Below, in pieces: positions 1 to 9,581 of a stretch of DNA of 64,000 nucleotides. Position 1 is the stretch's first letter; the number at the start of each line of letters is the position of its first letter. The stretch is from a phage. The DNA is taken from the sequence record PX092659.1; one strand, 5' to 3'. A program made the position numbers and the translations under genes. Under the pieces are notes generated by a model. It searched no databases, had not been told where the DNA came from, and worked only from the letters and a program-made list of their open reading frames with translations.

Positions 1-1317
1 ATGGAAGTATCAAGACCCTACGTTAATACAGTAGATGTTATCGATTTCGGAATAGATAAGCGTTTCTTTCGTTTACCTGTTTCCGGAATACTAGCACAAG
101 AGGGTATCACGCCTAATGGCCCTCAAATAGCAATTATCAATGCCCTAGAAGACCCTAGACATCGTTTTGTAACGGCATGTGTATCACGCCGTGTAGGTAA
201 ATCTTTTATAGCGTATACACTTGGGTTCCTAAAATTGCTGGAACCTAATGTGAAGGTGCTAGTAGTTGCCCCTAACTACTCACTGGCCAATATCGGATGG
301 TCTCAGATTCGTGGTCTCATTAAGAAGTATGGCCTACAAACCGAACGTGAGAACGCTAAAGATAAAGAGATTGAGTTAGCTAATGGTTCTCTATTTAAAC
401 TAGCTTCTGCGGCTCAGGCTGACTCCGCGGTTGGACGTTCATATGATTTTATCATCTTTGACGAGGCGGCAATTTCCGACGTAGGTGGTGATGCCTTCAG
501 GGTTCAGCTGCGCCCTACCCTAGATAAGCCTAATTCTAAGGCTCTATTTATTTCCACCCCTCGTGGAGGTAACTGGTTTAAAGAGTTTTACGCCTACGGA
601 TTCGATGATACGTTACCTAACTGGGTGTCTATTCATGGTACATATCGCGATAACCCACGTGCTGATTTGAATGACATTGAGGAAGCACGTCGTACGGTTA
701 GTAAAAACTACTTCCGCCAGGAATACGAGGCTGACTTCTCTGTATTCGAAGGTCAGATCTTCGATACCTTTAATGCTATTGATCATGTTAAAGACCTTAA
801 AGGTATGCGTCACTTCTTTAAAGATGATGAAGCATTCGAAACATTGCTTGGTATTGACGTTGGTTATCGTGATCCTACAGCAGTTCTTACTATTAAATAT
901 CACTATGATACGGATACTTACTATGTATTAGAAGAGTACCAGCAAGCTGAGAAGACTACAGCCCAACATGCAGCGTATATTCAGCATTGTATAGATCGTT
1001 ATAATGTTGATCGTATCTTTGTTGACTCCGCAGCAGCTCAGTTCCGCCAGGATTTAGCTTATGAACATGAAATTGCATCAGCTCCAGCTAAAAAATCTGT
1101 CCTAGATGGTCTAGCATGTTTACAGGCACTATTCCAACAGGGAAAGATTATTGTAGACGCTTCATGCTCTTCATTAATCCATGCATTGCAGAACTACAAG
1201 TGGGATTTCCAAGAAGGTGAAGAGAAATTATCACGCGAAAAACCACGTCATGATGCTAACTCTCACCTTTGTGATGCGCTGCGCTATGGAATTTACTCTA
1301 TTTCCCGTGGTAAATAA
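1..1317 (+). CDS. terL: terminase large subunit
   Basis: 438-aa ORF beginning at window position 1 with ATG; Walker A-like VSRRVGKS and Walker B-like DFIIFDEAA in the N-terminal ATPase half, acidic nuclease-fold motifs (GIDVGYRD, VDSAAAQ) in the C-terminal half; lies upstream of portal as in T5-like phages. Confidence 0.88.
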   Translation: MEVSRPYVNTVDVIDFGIDKRFFRLPVSGILAQEGITPNGPQIAIINALEDPRHRFVTACVSRRVGKSFIAYTLGFLKLLEPNVKVLVVAPNYSLANIGWSQIRGLIKKYGLQTERENAKDKEIELANGSLFKLASAAQADSAVGRSYDFIIFDEAAISDVGGDAFRVQLRPTLDKPNSKALFISTPRGGNWFKEFYAYGFDDTLPNWVSIHGTYRDNPRADLNDIEEARRTVSKNYFRQEYEADFSVFEGQIFDTFNAIDHVKDLKGMRHFFKDDEAFETLLGIDVGYRDPTAVLTIKYHYDTDTYYVLEEYQQAEKTTAQHAAYIQHCIDRYNVDRIFVDSAAAQFRQDLAYEHEIASAPAKKSVLDGLACLQALFQQGKIIVDASCSSLIHALQNYKWDFQEGEEKLSREKPRHDANSHLCDALRYGIYSISRGK

Positions 1318-1488
1318 ATAAGTATAGGATGGGATACTACTCAGTTGGTATCCCATTCCTGCATTTTAAAATCCCCTTTACAAATTCGATACGATTATGT
1401 ATACTATATTCATTGATCGGGAGAACTTCTCCCATAATAGAACATAAACAAGAAAAATTAATGCTCTACATGGGGTGTAGGAGATTCT

Positions 1489-2163
1489 ATGGGTCGACAA
1501 AAGCTAACAATAAAAGATATAAATATTAGATTAGCTGATCGTGGAATCCAAATTGTCGGTGAATATGTAAACCAACGTACAAAAACAGTATTTAAATGCC
1601 AGAGAGCACACGTTTGGGAAGCAACACCACATTCTATACTCCATATGAGGAGAGGTTGTCCACACTGCTCCAATAATACAATATCGTTAGATGAAGTTAG
1701 TAATAGAATATCTAATATAGGGTATACTCTGTTAAGCAGCTATACTAATGCTAAAACAAAACTACATCTACGCTGCAATAATGGGCATGACTGTTTCATT
1801 ACCTTAGATGGATTGACTCAAGGTAAGAGATGTCCTTATTGTTCTCTTAAATGGGAGAATGGCGGATTCCTCTATATCATGTCCTCCTCTAGTGGTACTA
1901 AAGTAGGCATAAGCTTATACCCTGAGAAACGGCTGAATGAAGTTAAAAGAGAATCTGGATTTTCTGACCTATACTTGTTCACCGTGTATCATCTGCCAGA
2001 TAGAGAGACTGCTTTAGATTTAGAAAAGGAAGTTCACAGAGAATATTATAATAAAAACTGTGGGTTTTCTAATTTTACAGGAAGCACGGAATTTTTTAAT
2101 GTTGCTCCTGAGGATATAGTAATCTTTCTAAGTAGCTTTGGATTGGAGGATTATGGCCACTAA
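1489..2163 (+). CDS. zinc-ribbon plus T5orf172/GIY-YIG-like putative homing endonuclease
   Basis: 224 aa; two N-terminal repeats each ending in CPxC (CPHCS, CPYCS); C-terminal LYIMSSSSGTKVGIS...RL...GSTEFF resembles the T5orf172 (GIY-YIG superfamily) domain; SD TAGGAGA 7 nt upstream of ATG; paralogous to 42986..43651 and 54845..55708. Confidence 0.6.
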   Translation: MGRQKLTIKDINIRLADRGIQIVGEYVNQRTKTVFKCQRAHVWEATPHSILHMRRGCPHCSNNTISLDEVSNRISNIGYTLLSSYTNAKTKLHLRCNNGHDCFITLDGLTQGKRCPYCSLKWENGGFLYIMSSSSGTKVGISLYPEKRLNEVKRESGFSDLYLFTVYHLPDRETALDLEKEVHREYYNKNCGFSNFTGSTEFFNVAPEDIVIFLSSFGLEDYGH

Positions 2164-2590
2164 TACTAAGTACAAACGTGATGCCATTTCCATAATGAGA
2201 GATGGTATAAAATCTAGGTATAGTAAGGATGGTTGCTGTGCTATATGTGGTAGTAGTGAAGACCTAGAACTTCATCACTATCATACTATATCTCAGCTAA
2301 TAAAAAAATTTGCTAAAGAACTCCAGCTGGATTTCACTGATGAGAATATCGTCCTTTCAAATAGGGAAGCATTCTACAAGAAATATGAGCATGAGTTAGT
2401 TAGGGACGTGGTAACATTGTGCCAGCACCATCACCAATTATTACATAAGGTTTACACGAAAGAACCTCCTTTATTTTCTGCTAATAAACAGAAAACATGG
2501 GTTCAAAAGCAGAAAGACAAATTACAGAATCCTCAAGAAAAGACACAAGTCAAGACTGAAATAAAATCAGGATTCGCAAGGTTCTTATAA
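2153..2590 (+). CDS. HNH endonuclease (terminase-associated type)
   Basis: CAICGS...ELHHYH...CQHHHQLLH pattern (Cys pair plus His-rich HNH core); likely start is ATG 2153 with SD GGAGGA, track ORF extends to TTG 2138; stop overlaps portal start (TAATG). Confidence 0.72.
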   Translation: MATNTKYKRDAISIMRDGIKSRYSKDGCCAICGSSEDLELHHYHTISQLIKKFAKELQLDFTDENIVLSNREAFYKKYEHELVRDVVTLCQHHHQLLHKVYTKEPPLFSANKQKTWVQKQKDKLQNPQEKTQVKTEIKSGFARFL

Positions 2591-3807
2591 TGGGTTTAAA
2601 AAGCTGGATTACTGAAAAGTTAAATCCGGGTCAACGTATTATAAGAGACATGGAACCAGTTAGTCATCGCACTAACCGTAAGCCTTTTACCACTGGACAA
2701 GCCTATAGCAAGATTGAGATTCTCAATCGAACTGCCAATATGGTTATAGATAGTGCGGCGGAGTGTTCTTATACTGTCGGAGATAAATATAATATTGTTA
2801 CGTACGCTAATGGCGTCAAAACAAAGACTCTAGACACTCTCTTAAATGTACGACCTAATCCATTCATGGATATAAGCACATTCCGTAGACTTGTAGTCAC
2901 TGACCTACTTTTTGAAGGTTGTGCGTACATCTATTGGGATGGCACATCGCTTTACCACGTCCCGGCTGCTCTTATGCAGGTCGAGGCAGATGCCAATAAG
3001 TTTATCAAAAAATTTATATTTAATAATCAGATAGACTATCGCGTAGATGAGATTATCTTTATAAAGGATAACAGTTACGTGTGTGGCACAAACTCTCAAA
3101 TTTCTGGACAATCTCGTGTTGCTACTGTTATTGATTCTCTTGAGAAGCGTTCTAAGATGCTTAACTTTAAAGAGAAATTCCTCGATAACGGAACCGTGAT
3201 TGGTCTTATTCTTGAGACGGATGAAATCCTGAACAAGAAATTGCGTGAGCGTAAACAAGAAGAATTACAACTCGATTATAATCCTAGTACGGGTCAGTCT
3301 TCTGTCCTGATTCTAGATGGTGGTATGAAAGCTAAACCGTACTCCCAAATATCCTCTTTTAAAGATCTAGACTTTAAGGAAGACATCGAAGGATTTAATA
3401 AATCTATCTGTCTAGCCTTTGGTGTTCCGCAAGTACTGCTTGATGGTGGTAATAACGCGAACATTCGACCAAATATCGAACTGTTCTATTACATGACTAT
3501 CATTCCTATGCTGAACAAACTGACTAGTTCTCTTACTTTCTTTTTTGGTTATAAGATCACTCCTAATACTAAGGAGGTAGCTGCATTAACACCAGATAAA
3601 GAAGCTGAGGCTAAACATTTAACCTCATTGGTTAATAATGGTATTATGACTGGTAACGAAGCTCGTTTAGAGCTGAACCTTGAACCTTTAGATGATGAGC
3701 AGATGGATAAGATTCGTATTCCTGCTAACGTTGCTGGTTCTGCAACAGGTGTATCTGGTCAAGAAGGTGGCAGACCTCAAGGTTCCACCGAGGGAGATAA
3801 AGAATGA
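2590..3807 (+). CDS. portal protein
   Basis: 405 aa, position between terminase and prohead protease, size matches T5 portal (pb7-like); translationally coupled to neighbours. Confidence 0.82.
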   Translation: MGLKSWITEKLNPGQRIIRDMEPVSHRTNRKPFTTGQAYSKIEILNRTANMVIDSAAECSYTVGDKYNIVTYANGVKTKTLDTLLNVRPNPFMDISTFRRLVVTDLLFEGCAYIYWDGTSLYHVPAALMQVEADANKFIKKFIFNNQIDYRVDEIIFIKDNSYVCGTNSQISGQSRVATVIDSLEKRSKMLNFKEKFLDNGTVIGLILETDEILNKKLRERKQEELQLDYNPSTGQSSVLILDGGMKAKPYSQISSFKDLDFKEDIEGFNKSICLAFGVPQVLLDGGNNANIRPNIELFYYMTIIPMLNKLTSSLTFFFGYKITPNTKEVAALTPDKEAEAKHLTSLVNNGIMTGNEARLELNLEPLDDEQMDKIRIPANVAGSATGVSGQEGGRPQGSTEGDKE

Positions 3808-4298
3808 TTGATTATAATGGTCTAAAGACCATTTTTGGTGAAAAACTACCAGAACCTCATATCTTCTTTGCTACGGTTGCTGCGCATAAACATGTTCCTA
3901 GCTATGCTTTTCTGCGTAGAGAACTAGGAATTTCATCTGCGCATACTAACCGTAAAGTATGGAAGAAATTTGTAGAGGCTTATGGTAAAGCAATTCCTCC
4001 GGCTCCACCGGCTCCACCATTAACTCTTTCTAAAGATTTAACTGCGAGCATGTCAGTTGAAGAGGGAGCAGCATTAACACTTTCTGTTACTGCAACTGGT
4101 GGTACTGGTCCATATACTTATGCATGGACTAAAGATGGTTCTCCTATTCCGGAAGCTTCAGGAGCTACCTATACTAAGCCTGCAGCAGCTACGGAGGATT
4201 CTGGAGCCTATAAAGTAACTGTAACAGATAGTAAGCAAGTAAGCAAGGACTCTACTACATGTGCTGTGACAGTTAATCCTACTGTTCCTGGAGGCTAA
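3804..4298 (+). CDS. head decoration protein with C-terminal Ig-like domain (pb10-like)
   Basis: 164 aa; PPAPPAPP linker followed by Ig-like fold signature (LTLSVTATGGTGPYTYAWTKDGSPIP...SGAYKVTVTD); size equals T5 pb10. Confidence 0.6.
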   Translation: MIDYNGLKTIFGEKLPEPHIFFATVAAHKHVPSYAFLRRELGISSAHTNRKVWKKFVEAYGKAIPPAPPAPPLTLSKDLTASMSVEEGAALTLSVTATGGTGPYTYAWTKDGSPIPEASGATYTKPAAATEDSGAYKVTVTDSKQVSKDSTTCAVTVNPTVPGG

Positions 4299-4301
4299 TA
4301 A

Positions 4302-4934
4302 ATGACACAAGCTGCTATTGACTATAACAAGTTAAAATCAGCACCCGTTCATTTAGATGCTTATATTAAATCTATTGATAGCGAATCCAAAGAGGGCGTT
4401 GTAAAAATCCGTGGATTCGCTAATACAATTAGTAAAGATCGCGCTGGTGATGTAATTCCTGCTTCTGCGTGGAAAACATCTAATGCACTTACTAACTATA
4501 TGAAAAACCCGATTATTCTTTTCGGACACGATCATCGTCGTCCAATCGGTAAGTGTATTGATCTTAACCCTACTGAAATGGGTCTCGAAATAGAATGCGA
4601 GATCTATGAAAGTTCTGACCCGGCTATCTTTTCACTAATTAAAAACGGTGTACTGAAAACTTTTAGTATCGGATTCCGCTGCCTAGATGCAGAGTGGGAT
4701 GAAGCTACTGATATATTTATTATTAAAGATTTAGAACTATACGAAGTTTCGGTAGTTTCTGTACCTTGTAATCAGGACTCAACGTTCAATCTCGCTAAGA
4801 GCATGAATGGTCATGATTATACTGAATGGCGTAAATCTTTTACTGCAATAAGTTCTAAAGCTGTCCCAGCTCAAGAACGTAATCTTTCTGAACTAGAAAA
4901 ACTTGCGATAGCTTTAGGCTACGTTAAAGAATAA
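4302..4934 (+). CDS. prohead maturation protease
   Basis: 210 aa directly upstream of major capsid gene; HK97-like protease position and size (T5 pb11-like); conserved His (GHDHRRPIGK) and Ser-containing segments. Confidence 0.78.
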   Translation: MTQAAIDYNKLKSAPVHLDAYIKSIDSESKEGVVKIRGFANTISKDRAGDVIPASAWKTSNALTNYMKNPIILFGHDHRRPIGKCIDLNPTEMGLEIECEIYESSDPAIFSLIKNGVLKTFSIGFRCLDAEWDEATDIFIIKDLELYEVSVVSVPCNQDSTFNLAKSMNGHDYTEWRKSFTAISSKAVPAQERNLSELEKLAIALGYVKE

Positions 4935-4951
4935 CGGAGAATTATTTAAAA

Positions 4952-6328
4952 ATGACTATTGATATTAATAAGCTGAAAGAAGAACTTGGTCTGGGTGATC
5001 TGGCTAAATCTCTGGAAGGTCTGACCGCTGCTCAGAAAGCTCAGGAAGCTGAACGTATGCGTAAAGAGCAGGAAGAAAAAGAACTGGCTCGTATGAATGA
5101 CCTGGTTTCTAAAGCAGTTGGCGAAGATCGTCAGAAACTGGAACAAGCTCTGGAACTAGTTAAGTCCCTGGATGAAAAATCTAAAAAGAGCGCAGAACTG
5201 TTCGCACAGACTGTAGAAAAACAGCAGGAAACTATTGTTGGTCTTCAGGATGAAATTAAATCTCTGCTGACAGCTCGTGAAGGTCGTTCCTTCGTTGGTG
5301 ATAGTGTTGCTAAAGCACTGTACGGTACTCAGGAAAACTTTGAAGATGAAGTTGAAAAACTGGTTCTGTTATCTTATGTAATGGAAAAGGGCGTATTCGA
5401 GACCGAACACGGTCAAAAACACCTGAAAGCAGTGAATCAGTCTTCTTCTGTAGAAGTTTCTAGTGAAAGCTATGAAACTATTTTCTCTCAGCGTATTATC
5501 CGTGACCTGCAGAAAGAGCTTGTAGTTGGCGCACTGTTCGAAGAACTGCCGATGTCCAGTAAGATTCTTACTATGCTGGTTGAACCGGATGCTGGTAAAG
5601 CTACTTGGGTTGCTGCTTCTACTTATGGTACTGATGCAACTACTGGTGATGAAGTTAAAGGTGCTCTTAAAGAAATCCACTTCAGTACTTACAAACTGGC
5701 TGCTAAGTCCTTCATTACTGATGAAACTGAAGAAGATGCAATCTTCTCCCTGCTGCCACTGCTTCGTAAGCGTCTGATCGAAGCACACGCTGTTTCTATT
5801 GAAGAAGCCTTCATGACTGGTGATGGTTCCGGTAAACCGAAAGGTCTGCTGACTCTTGCTAGTGAAGATAGTGCTAAAGTTATTACTGAAGCTAAAGCTG
5901 ATGGTTCCGTACTGGTAACTGCTAAAACTATCTCTAAATTGCGTCGTAAACTGGGCCGTCATGGTCTGAAACTGAGCAAACTGGTACTGATTGTATCTAT
6001 GGATGCTTACTATGATCTGCTGGAAGATGAAGAATGGCAGGATGTTGCCCAAGTTGGTAATGATGCTGTTAAACTGCAGGGTCAGGTTGGTCGTATTTAT
6101 GGTCTGCCGGTTGTAGTTTCTGAGTACTTCCCAGCTAAAGCTACTTCCGCAGAGTTCGCAGTTATTGTTTATAAAGATAACTTCGTAATGCCACGTCAGC
6201 GTGCTGTTACTGTTGAACGTGAGCGTCAAGCTGGTAAACAGCGTGATGCTTACTATGTTACTCAGCGTGTTAACCTGCAACGTTACTTTGCAAATGGCGT
6301 TGTATCTGGTGCTTACGCTGCATCTTAA
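4952..6328 (+). CDS. major capsid protein precursor
   Basis: 458 aa; N-terminal coiled-coil delta/scaffold-like domain (KLKEELGLGDLAKSLEGLTAAQKAQEAERMRKEQEEKELARMNDL) followed by HK97-fold body; strongly E. coli-optimal codon usage; followed by intrinsic terminator. Confidence 0.9.
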   Translation: MTIDINKLKEELGLGDLAKSLEGLTAAQKAQEAERMRKEQEEKELARMNDLVSKAVGEDRQKLEQALELVKSLDEKSKKSAELFAQTVEKQQETIVGLQDEIKSLLTAREGRSFVGDSVAKALYGTQENFEDEVEKLVLLSYVMEKGVFETEHGQKHLKAVNQSSSVEVSSESYETIFSQRIIRDLQKELVVGALFEELPMSSKILTMLVEPDAGKATWVAASTYGTDATTGDEVKGALKEIHFSTYKLAAKSFITDETEEDAIFSLLPLLRKRLIEAHAVSIEEAFMTGDGSGKPKGLLTLASEDSAKVITEAKADGSVLVTAKTISKLRRKLGRHGLKLSKLVLIVSMDAYYDLLEDEEWQDVAQVGNDAVKLQGQVGRIYGLPVVVSEYFPAKATSAEFAVIVYKDNFVMPRQRAVTVERERQAGKQRDAYYVTQRVNLQRYFANGVVSGAYAAS

Positions 6329-6349
6329 TACAGGCTTTTCAGCCGATAA

Positions 6350-6374
6350 GGAGAGCTTCGGCTCTCCTTTTTTA
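6350..6374 (+). terminator. intrinsic terminator after major capsid gene
   Basis: GGAGAGC-TTCG-GCTCTCC hairpin (UUCG tetraloop) followed by TTTTTTA. Confidence 0.8.
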
Positions 6375-6387
6375 TTGGGAAAAATAA

Positions 6388-6900
6388 ATGCAAATAATCA
6401 CAGCTGAAGACTATAGATTATATGGTGGGTTAAAACGACCTGAACTAGAATCTGGAGTAGAGATGATGATTACTGCTGCCAATGCGCTGATTACTAGCCT
6501 TTTAGGTATGGATGATGCTGATGCGGTAGACCAGTTAATCAATACAAAACCTACTCGTAAAAAATACTTCTTAAGTTCTCCCTCGGCTACTTCAGTAACC
6601 AAAATGACTATTAACGACAAGGAGATAGATCCCGAACAGTATAAGTTGTACTCTGATGGGGTTATACTTCTTAAATTTAATCCTCCGGAAGGTTATATGG
6701 ATGTAGAATACACACAAGGTGGATTTAATCCAATACCTGAGGATCTCAAACTTGCAGCATGTATGCTAGTAGATCATTGGCATAAACAGGATTACCGTCA
6801 AGCTAAAACAATTGGCGGAGAAACAGTTACTTTTAATAATACTAAGTCTGGTATTCCAGAGCATATTCGTACTATTATTGAAGTTTACAGGAGAGTATAA
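6388..6900 (+). CDS. head completion / head-tail adaptor protein (p144-like)
   Basis: 170 aa immediately after capsid gene, synteny with T5 neck module. Confidence 0.5.
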   Translation: MQIITAEDYRLYGGLKRPELESGVEMMITAANALITSLLGMDDADAVDQLINTKPTRKKYFLSSPSATSVTKMTINDKEIDPEQYKLYSDGVILLKFNPPEGYMDVEYTQGGFNPIPEDLKLAACMLVDHWHKQDYRQAKTIGGETVTFNNTKSGIPEHIRTIIEVYRRV

Positions 6901-7667
6901 TGTCTCTTTCTGACTTAGCTACACAAATTATTAAGGAGCAACTAGATACTGCAGGACGATCTGAAAATAATAAGAATACTGTTGTATATTCTGTTGAAAC
7001 AGGATTAAAAGATCCCACTAGAGATGGTACTATTGCTCAAGTATCCTTTAAATTCTCAAAACCTGTATCCCAAGATCTCCTTAATGTTAGGACCGCTTCT
7101 ATTCTAAAAGCAGTTTCTTCTAGCTTAGATCTAACAGGAGACTTAGGTGCTTTAGAAAGTCTTATTCAAGCAACCGCCGGTAAAAAATCCTCTGTAGGTA
7201 AAAAACGTTCTACTGGTAGAGTTCAAGTAAACTTTGGGGATCCTAGAGATGTAGAAGATGGATATTCTGGTGCAGTAACAGGTGCTTCTGGTCGTTTTGT
7301 CTCAAATAGTAATATGAAGGTTATTCTGGAGTTGGTTGCTAAAGAATACTTAATAAAGGATATGAAAAAAGCAGGAGCTCCACTTAAATTTAGAACTGGT
7401 AGATTTGCAAATTCTCTAAAAATTAAAGATGTTATGCTTAGAGATGCAGAGACTAGTAAAGGTGCTCCCGAACTAAACGTGACGTATAATTATATGGTAC
7501 GCCCATATTCTGTATTTAATCCAGCAGTATCTACATATAGAAGATTATCTTTACGACCCTACCCAGGTGCTAGAAATCCACAAAAACTTATTGGTGAGGC
7601 TATAGCAAAAGCTGCAAGAGACCTGATTCACTCTAGATATAAAATCAAGGTTAATCAAGGAACCTAA
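6900..7667 (+). CDS. neck / tail completion protein (p143-like)
   Basis: 255 aa, ATGA-type overlap with upstream gene; synteny only. Confidence 0.45.
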   Translation: MSLSDLATQIIKEQLDTAGRSENNKNTVVYSVETGLKDPTRDGTIAQVSFKFSKPVSQDLLNVRTASILKAVSSSLDLTGDLGALESLIQATAGKKSSVGKKRSTGRVQVNFGDPRDVEDGYSGAVTGASGRFVSNSNMKVILELVAKEYLIKDMKKAGAPLKFRTGRFANSLKIKDVMLRDAETSKGAPELNVTYNYMVRPYSVFNPAVSTYRRLSLRPYPGARNPQKLIGEAIAKAARDLIHSRYKIKVNQGT

Positions 7668-7670
7668 TAA

Positions 7671-8156
7671 ATGGATCATAGAACAAGTATTGCACAAGCT
7701 CTGGTTGACCGTATATCTAAACAGTTGGATGGTTCTCAACCTGACGAATATTTTAATAACCTATATGGAAACGTTTCTCGTCAAACTTATAAATTTGAGG
7801 AAATACGAGAGTTTCCTTATGTGGCAGTTCATATCGGAACTGAAACTGGGCAGTATCTTCCTTCAGGCCAACAGTGGATGTTTTTAGAACTTCCAATCCT
7901 GGTGTACGATAAAGAGAAAACAGACATTCAAGAGCAACTTGAAAAACTCGTAGCGGATATAAAAACCGTCATTGACACAGGTGGAAATTTAGAATATACT
8001 GTTAGTAAACCTAATGGATCGACCTTCCCATGTGAGGCAACTGATATGATCATTACATCAGTTAGTACAGATGAGGGTCTACTGGCCCCATATGGTTTAG
8101 CAGAAATAAATGTAACAGTGAGGTATCAGCCTCCACGTAGGTCACTTCGCAGATAA
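7671..8156 (+). CDS. tail terminator protein (p142-like)
   Basis: 161 aa, located immediately upstream of tail tube gene; size equals T5 p142. Confidence 0.5.
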   Translation: MDHRTSIAQALVDRISKQLDGSQPDEYFNNLYGNVSRQTYKFEEIREFPYVAVHIGTETGQYLPSGQQWMFLELPILVYDKEKTDIQEQLEKLVADIKTVIDTGGNLEYTVSKPNGSTFPCEATDMIITSVSTDEGLLAPYGLAEINVTVRYQPPRRSLRR

Positions 8157-8182
8157 GTTACAGATTAGGAGAAAATAATTAA

Positions 8183-9577
8183 ATGTCTTTACAACTATTA
8201 CGTAATACTCGAATCTTCGTGTCTACGGTTAAGGCTGGTCATAATAAGACCAACACGCAAGAGATTCTAGTTCAGGATGATATTTCTTGGGGTCAGGACA
8301 GTAACTCAACAGATATTACTGTTAATGAAGCTGGTCCGCGTCCAACTCGTGGTTCTAAACGTTTTAATGACTCTTTAAACGCGGCTGAGTGGAGTTTCTC
8401 TACTTACATCCTGCCCTATATCAATAAAGATGATCAGAAGCAAATCGTTCCTGACTATATGTTATGGCATGCACTTTCTAGTGGTAAAGCTATTAACCTA
8501 GAAGGTAATACAGGGGCACACAATAACGAAGCTAACTTCATGGTTAACTTCAAAGATAACTCCTATCATGAGTTAGCAATGTTACATATTTATATCCTGA
8601 CTGATAAAGCATGGAGTTACATCGATTCCTGTCAGATTAATCAGGCAGAAGTTAACGTTGATATCGAAGATATTGGCCGTGTAACTTGGTCTGGTAATGG
8701 TAATCAGCTTATTCCTCTGGATGCGCAACCATTTGACCCAGATGAGTTAGGTATTGATGATGAAACTTATATGACTATCCAGGGTTCTTATATTAAGAAC
8801 AAACTAACGATCTTGAAGATCAAAGACATGGATACCAATAAGTCTTATGATATTCCTATTACTGGTGGTACTTTCACTATTAATAACAACATCACATACC
8901 TAACCCCGAATATTATGTCTCGTGTTAATATTCCAATTGGTTCTTTTACTGGTGCTTTTGAATTAACGGGTTCATTAACTGCTTATCTGAATGATAAATC
9001 TCTTGGTTCTATGGAGCTGTACAAAGATCTTATCAAGACTCTGAAGGTAGTTAACCGCTTCGAAATTGCTCTAGTACTTGGTGGTGAATACGATGAAGAA
9101 CGTCCTGCGGCTATTCTGGTAGCTAAACAAGCACACGTTAATATTCCTACTATTGAAACTGATGATGTACTTGGTACTTCAGTAGAGTTTAAAGCTATTC
9201 CATCTGATCTGGATGCTGGTGATGAAGGTTACCTAGGCTTCTCTAGTAAATATACCAAAACAACTATTAATAACTTGATTGTTAATGGTGATGGTGCTAC
9301 TAATGCTGTAACCGCAATTACTGTTAAATCTGCTGGTGATGCTACTACAGTAAACAACTCGGCTACTCTTCAAATGAGTGTTGAAGTTACTCCTTCTTCC
9401 GCAAAGAATAAGGAAGTTACTTGGGCTATCACTGCCGGCGATGCAGCTACTATCAGTGCAACCGGACTGTTAACAGCAGATGCTAGTAAAACTGGTGCAG
9501 TTACTGTAGAAGCTACTGCTAAAGATGGTTCTGGAGTTAAAGGTACTAAACAGATTACTGTAACAGCAGGTGGCTAA
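8183..9577 (+). CDS. tail tube protein with C-terminal Ig-like domain (pb6-like)
   Basis: 464 aa (same as T5 pb6); C-terminal approx 90 aa (nt approx 9300-9577) is an Ig-like domain (KEVTWAITAGDAATISATGLLTA...TVEATAKDGSGVKGTKQITVTAGG). Confidence 0.75.
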   Translation: MSLQLLRNTRIFVSTVKAGHNKTNTQEILVQDDISWGQDSNSTDITVNEAGPRPTRGSKRFNDSLNAAEWSFSTYILPYINKDDQKQIVPDYMLWHALSSGKAINLEGNTGAHNNEANFMVNFKDNSYHELAMLHIYILTDKAWSYIDSCQINQAEVNVDIEDIGRVTWSGNGNQLIPLDAQPFDPDELGIDDETYMTIQGSYIKNKLTILKIKDMDTNKSYDIPITGGTFTINNNITYLTPNIMSRVNIPIGSFTGAFELTGSLTAYLNDKSLGSMELYKDLIKTLKVVNRFEIALVLGGEYDEERPAAILVAKQAHVNIPTIETDDVLGTSVEFKAIPSDLDAGDEGYLGFSSKYTKTTINNLIVNGDGATNAVTAITVKSAGDATTVNNSATLQMSVEVTPSSAKNKEVTWAITAGDAATISATGLLTADASKTGAVTVEATAKDGSGVKGTKQITVTAGG

Positions 9578-9581
9578 TTAA

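Noticed and set aside
1-1317. Terminase ORF truncated at window start
   Set aside because: ORF begins with ATG exactly at position 1 and encodes 438 aa with complete ATPase and nuclease motifs, so it is probably full length; upstream context is outside the window and cannot be checked
1329-1529. 66-aa ORF after terminase
   Set aside because: Overlaps the inverted repeat and the SD/start of the endonuclease gene; no RBS of its own
5369-6280. 303-aa ORF on minus strand
   Set aside because: Antisense to the major capsid gene; low-complexity, no SD or promoter; capsid gene has strong codon bias in its own frame
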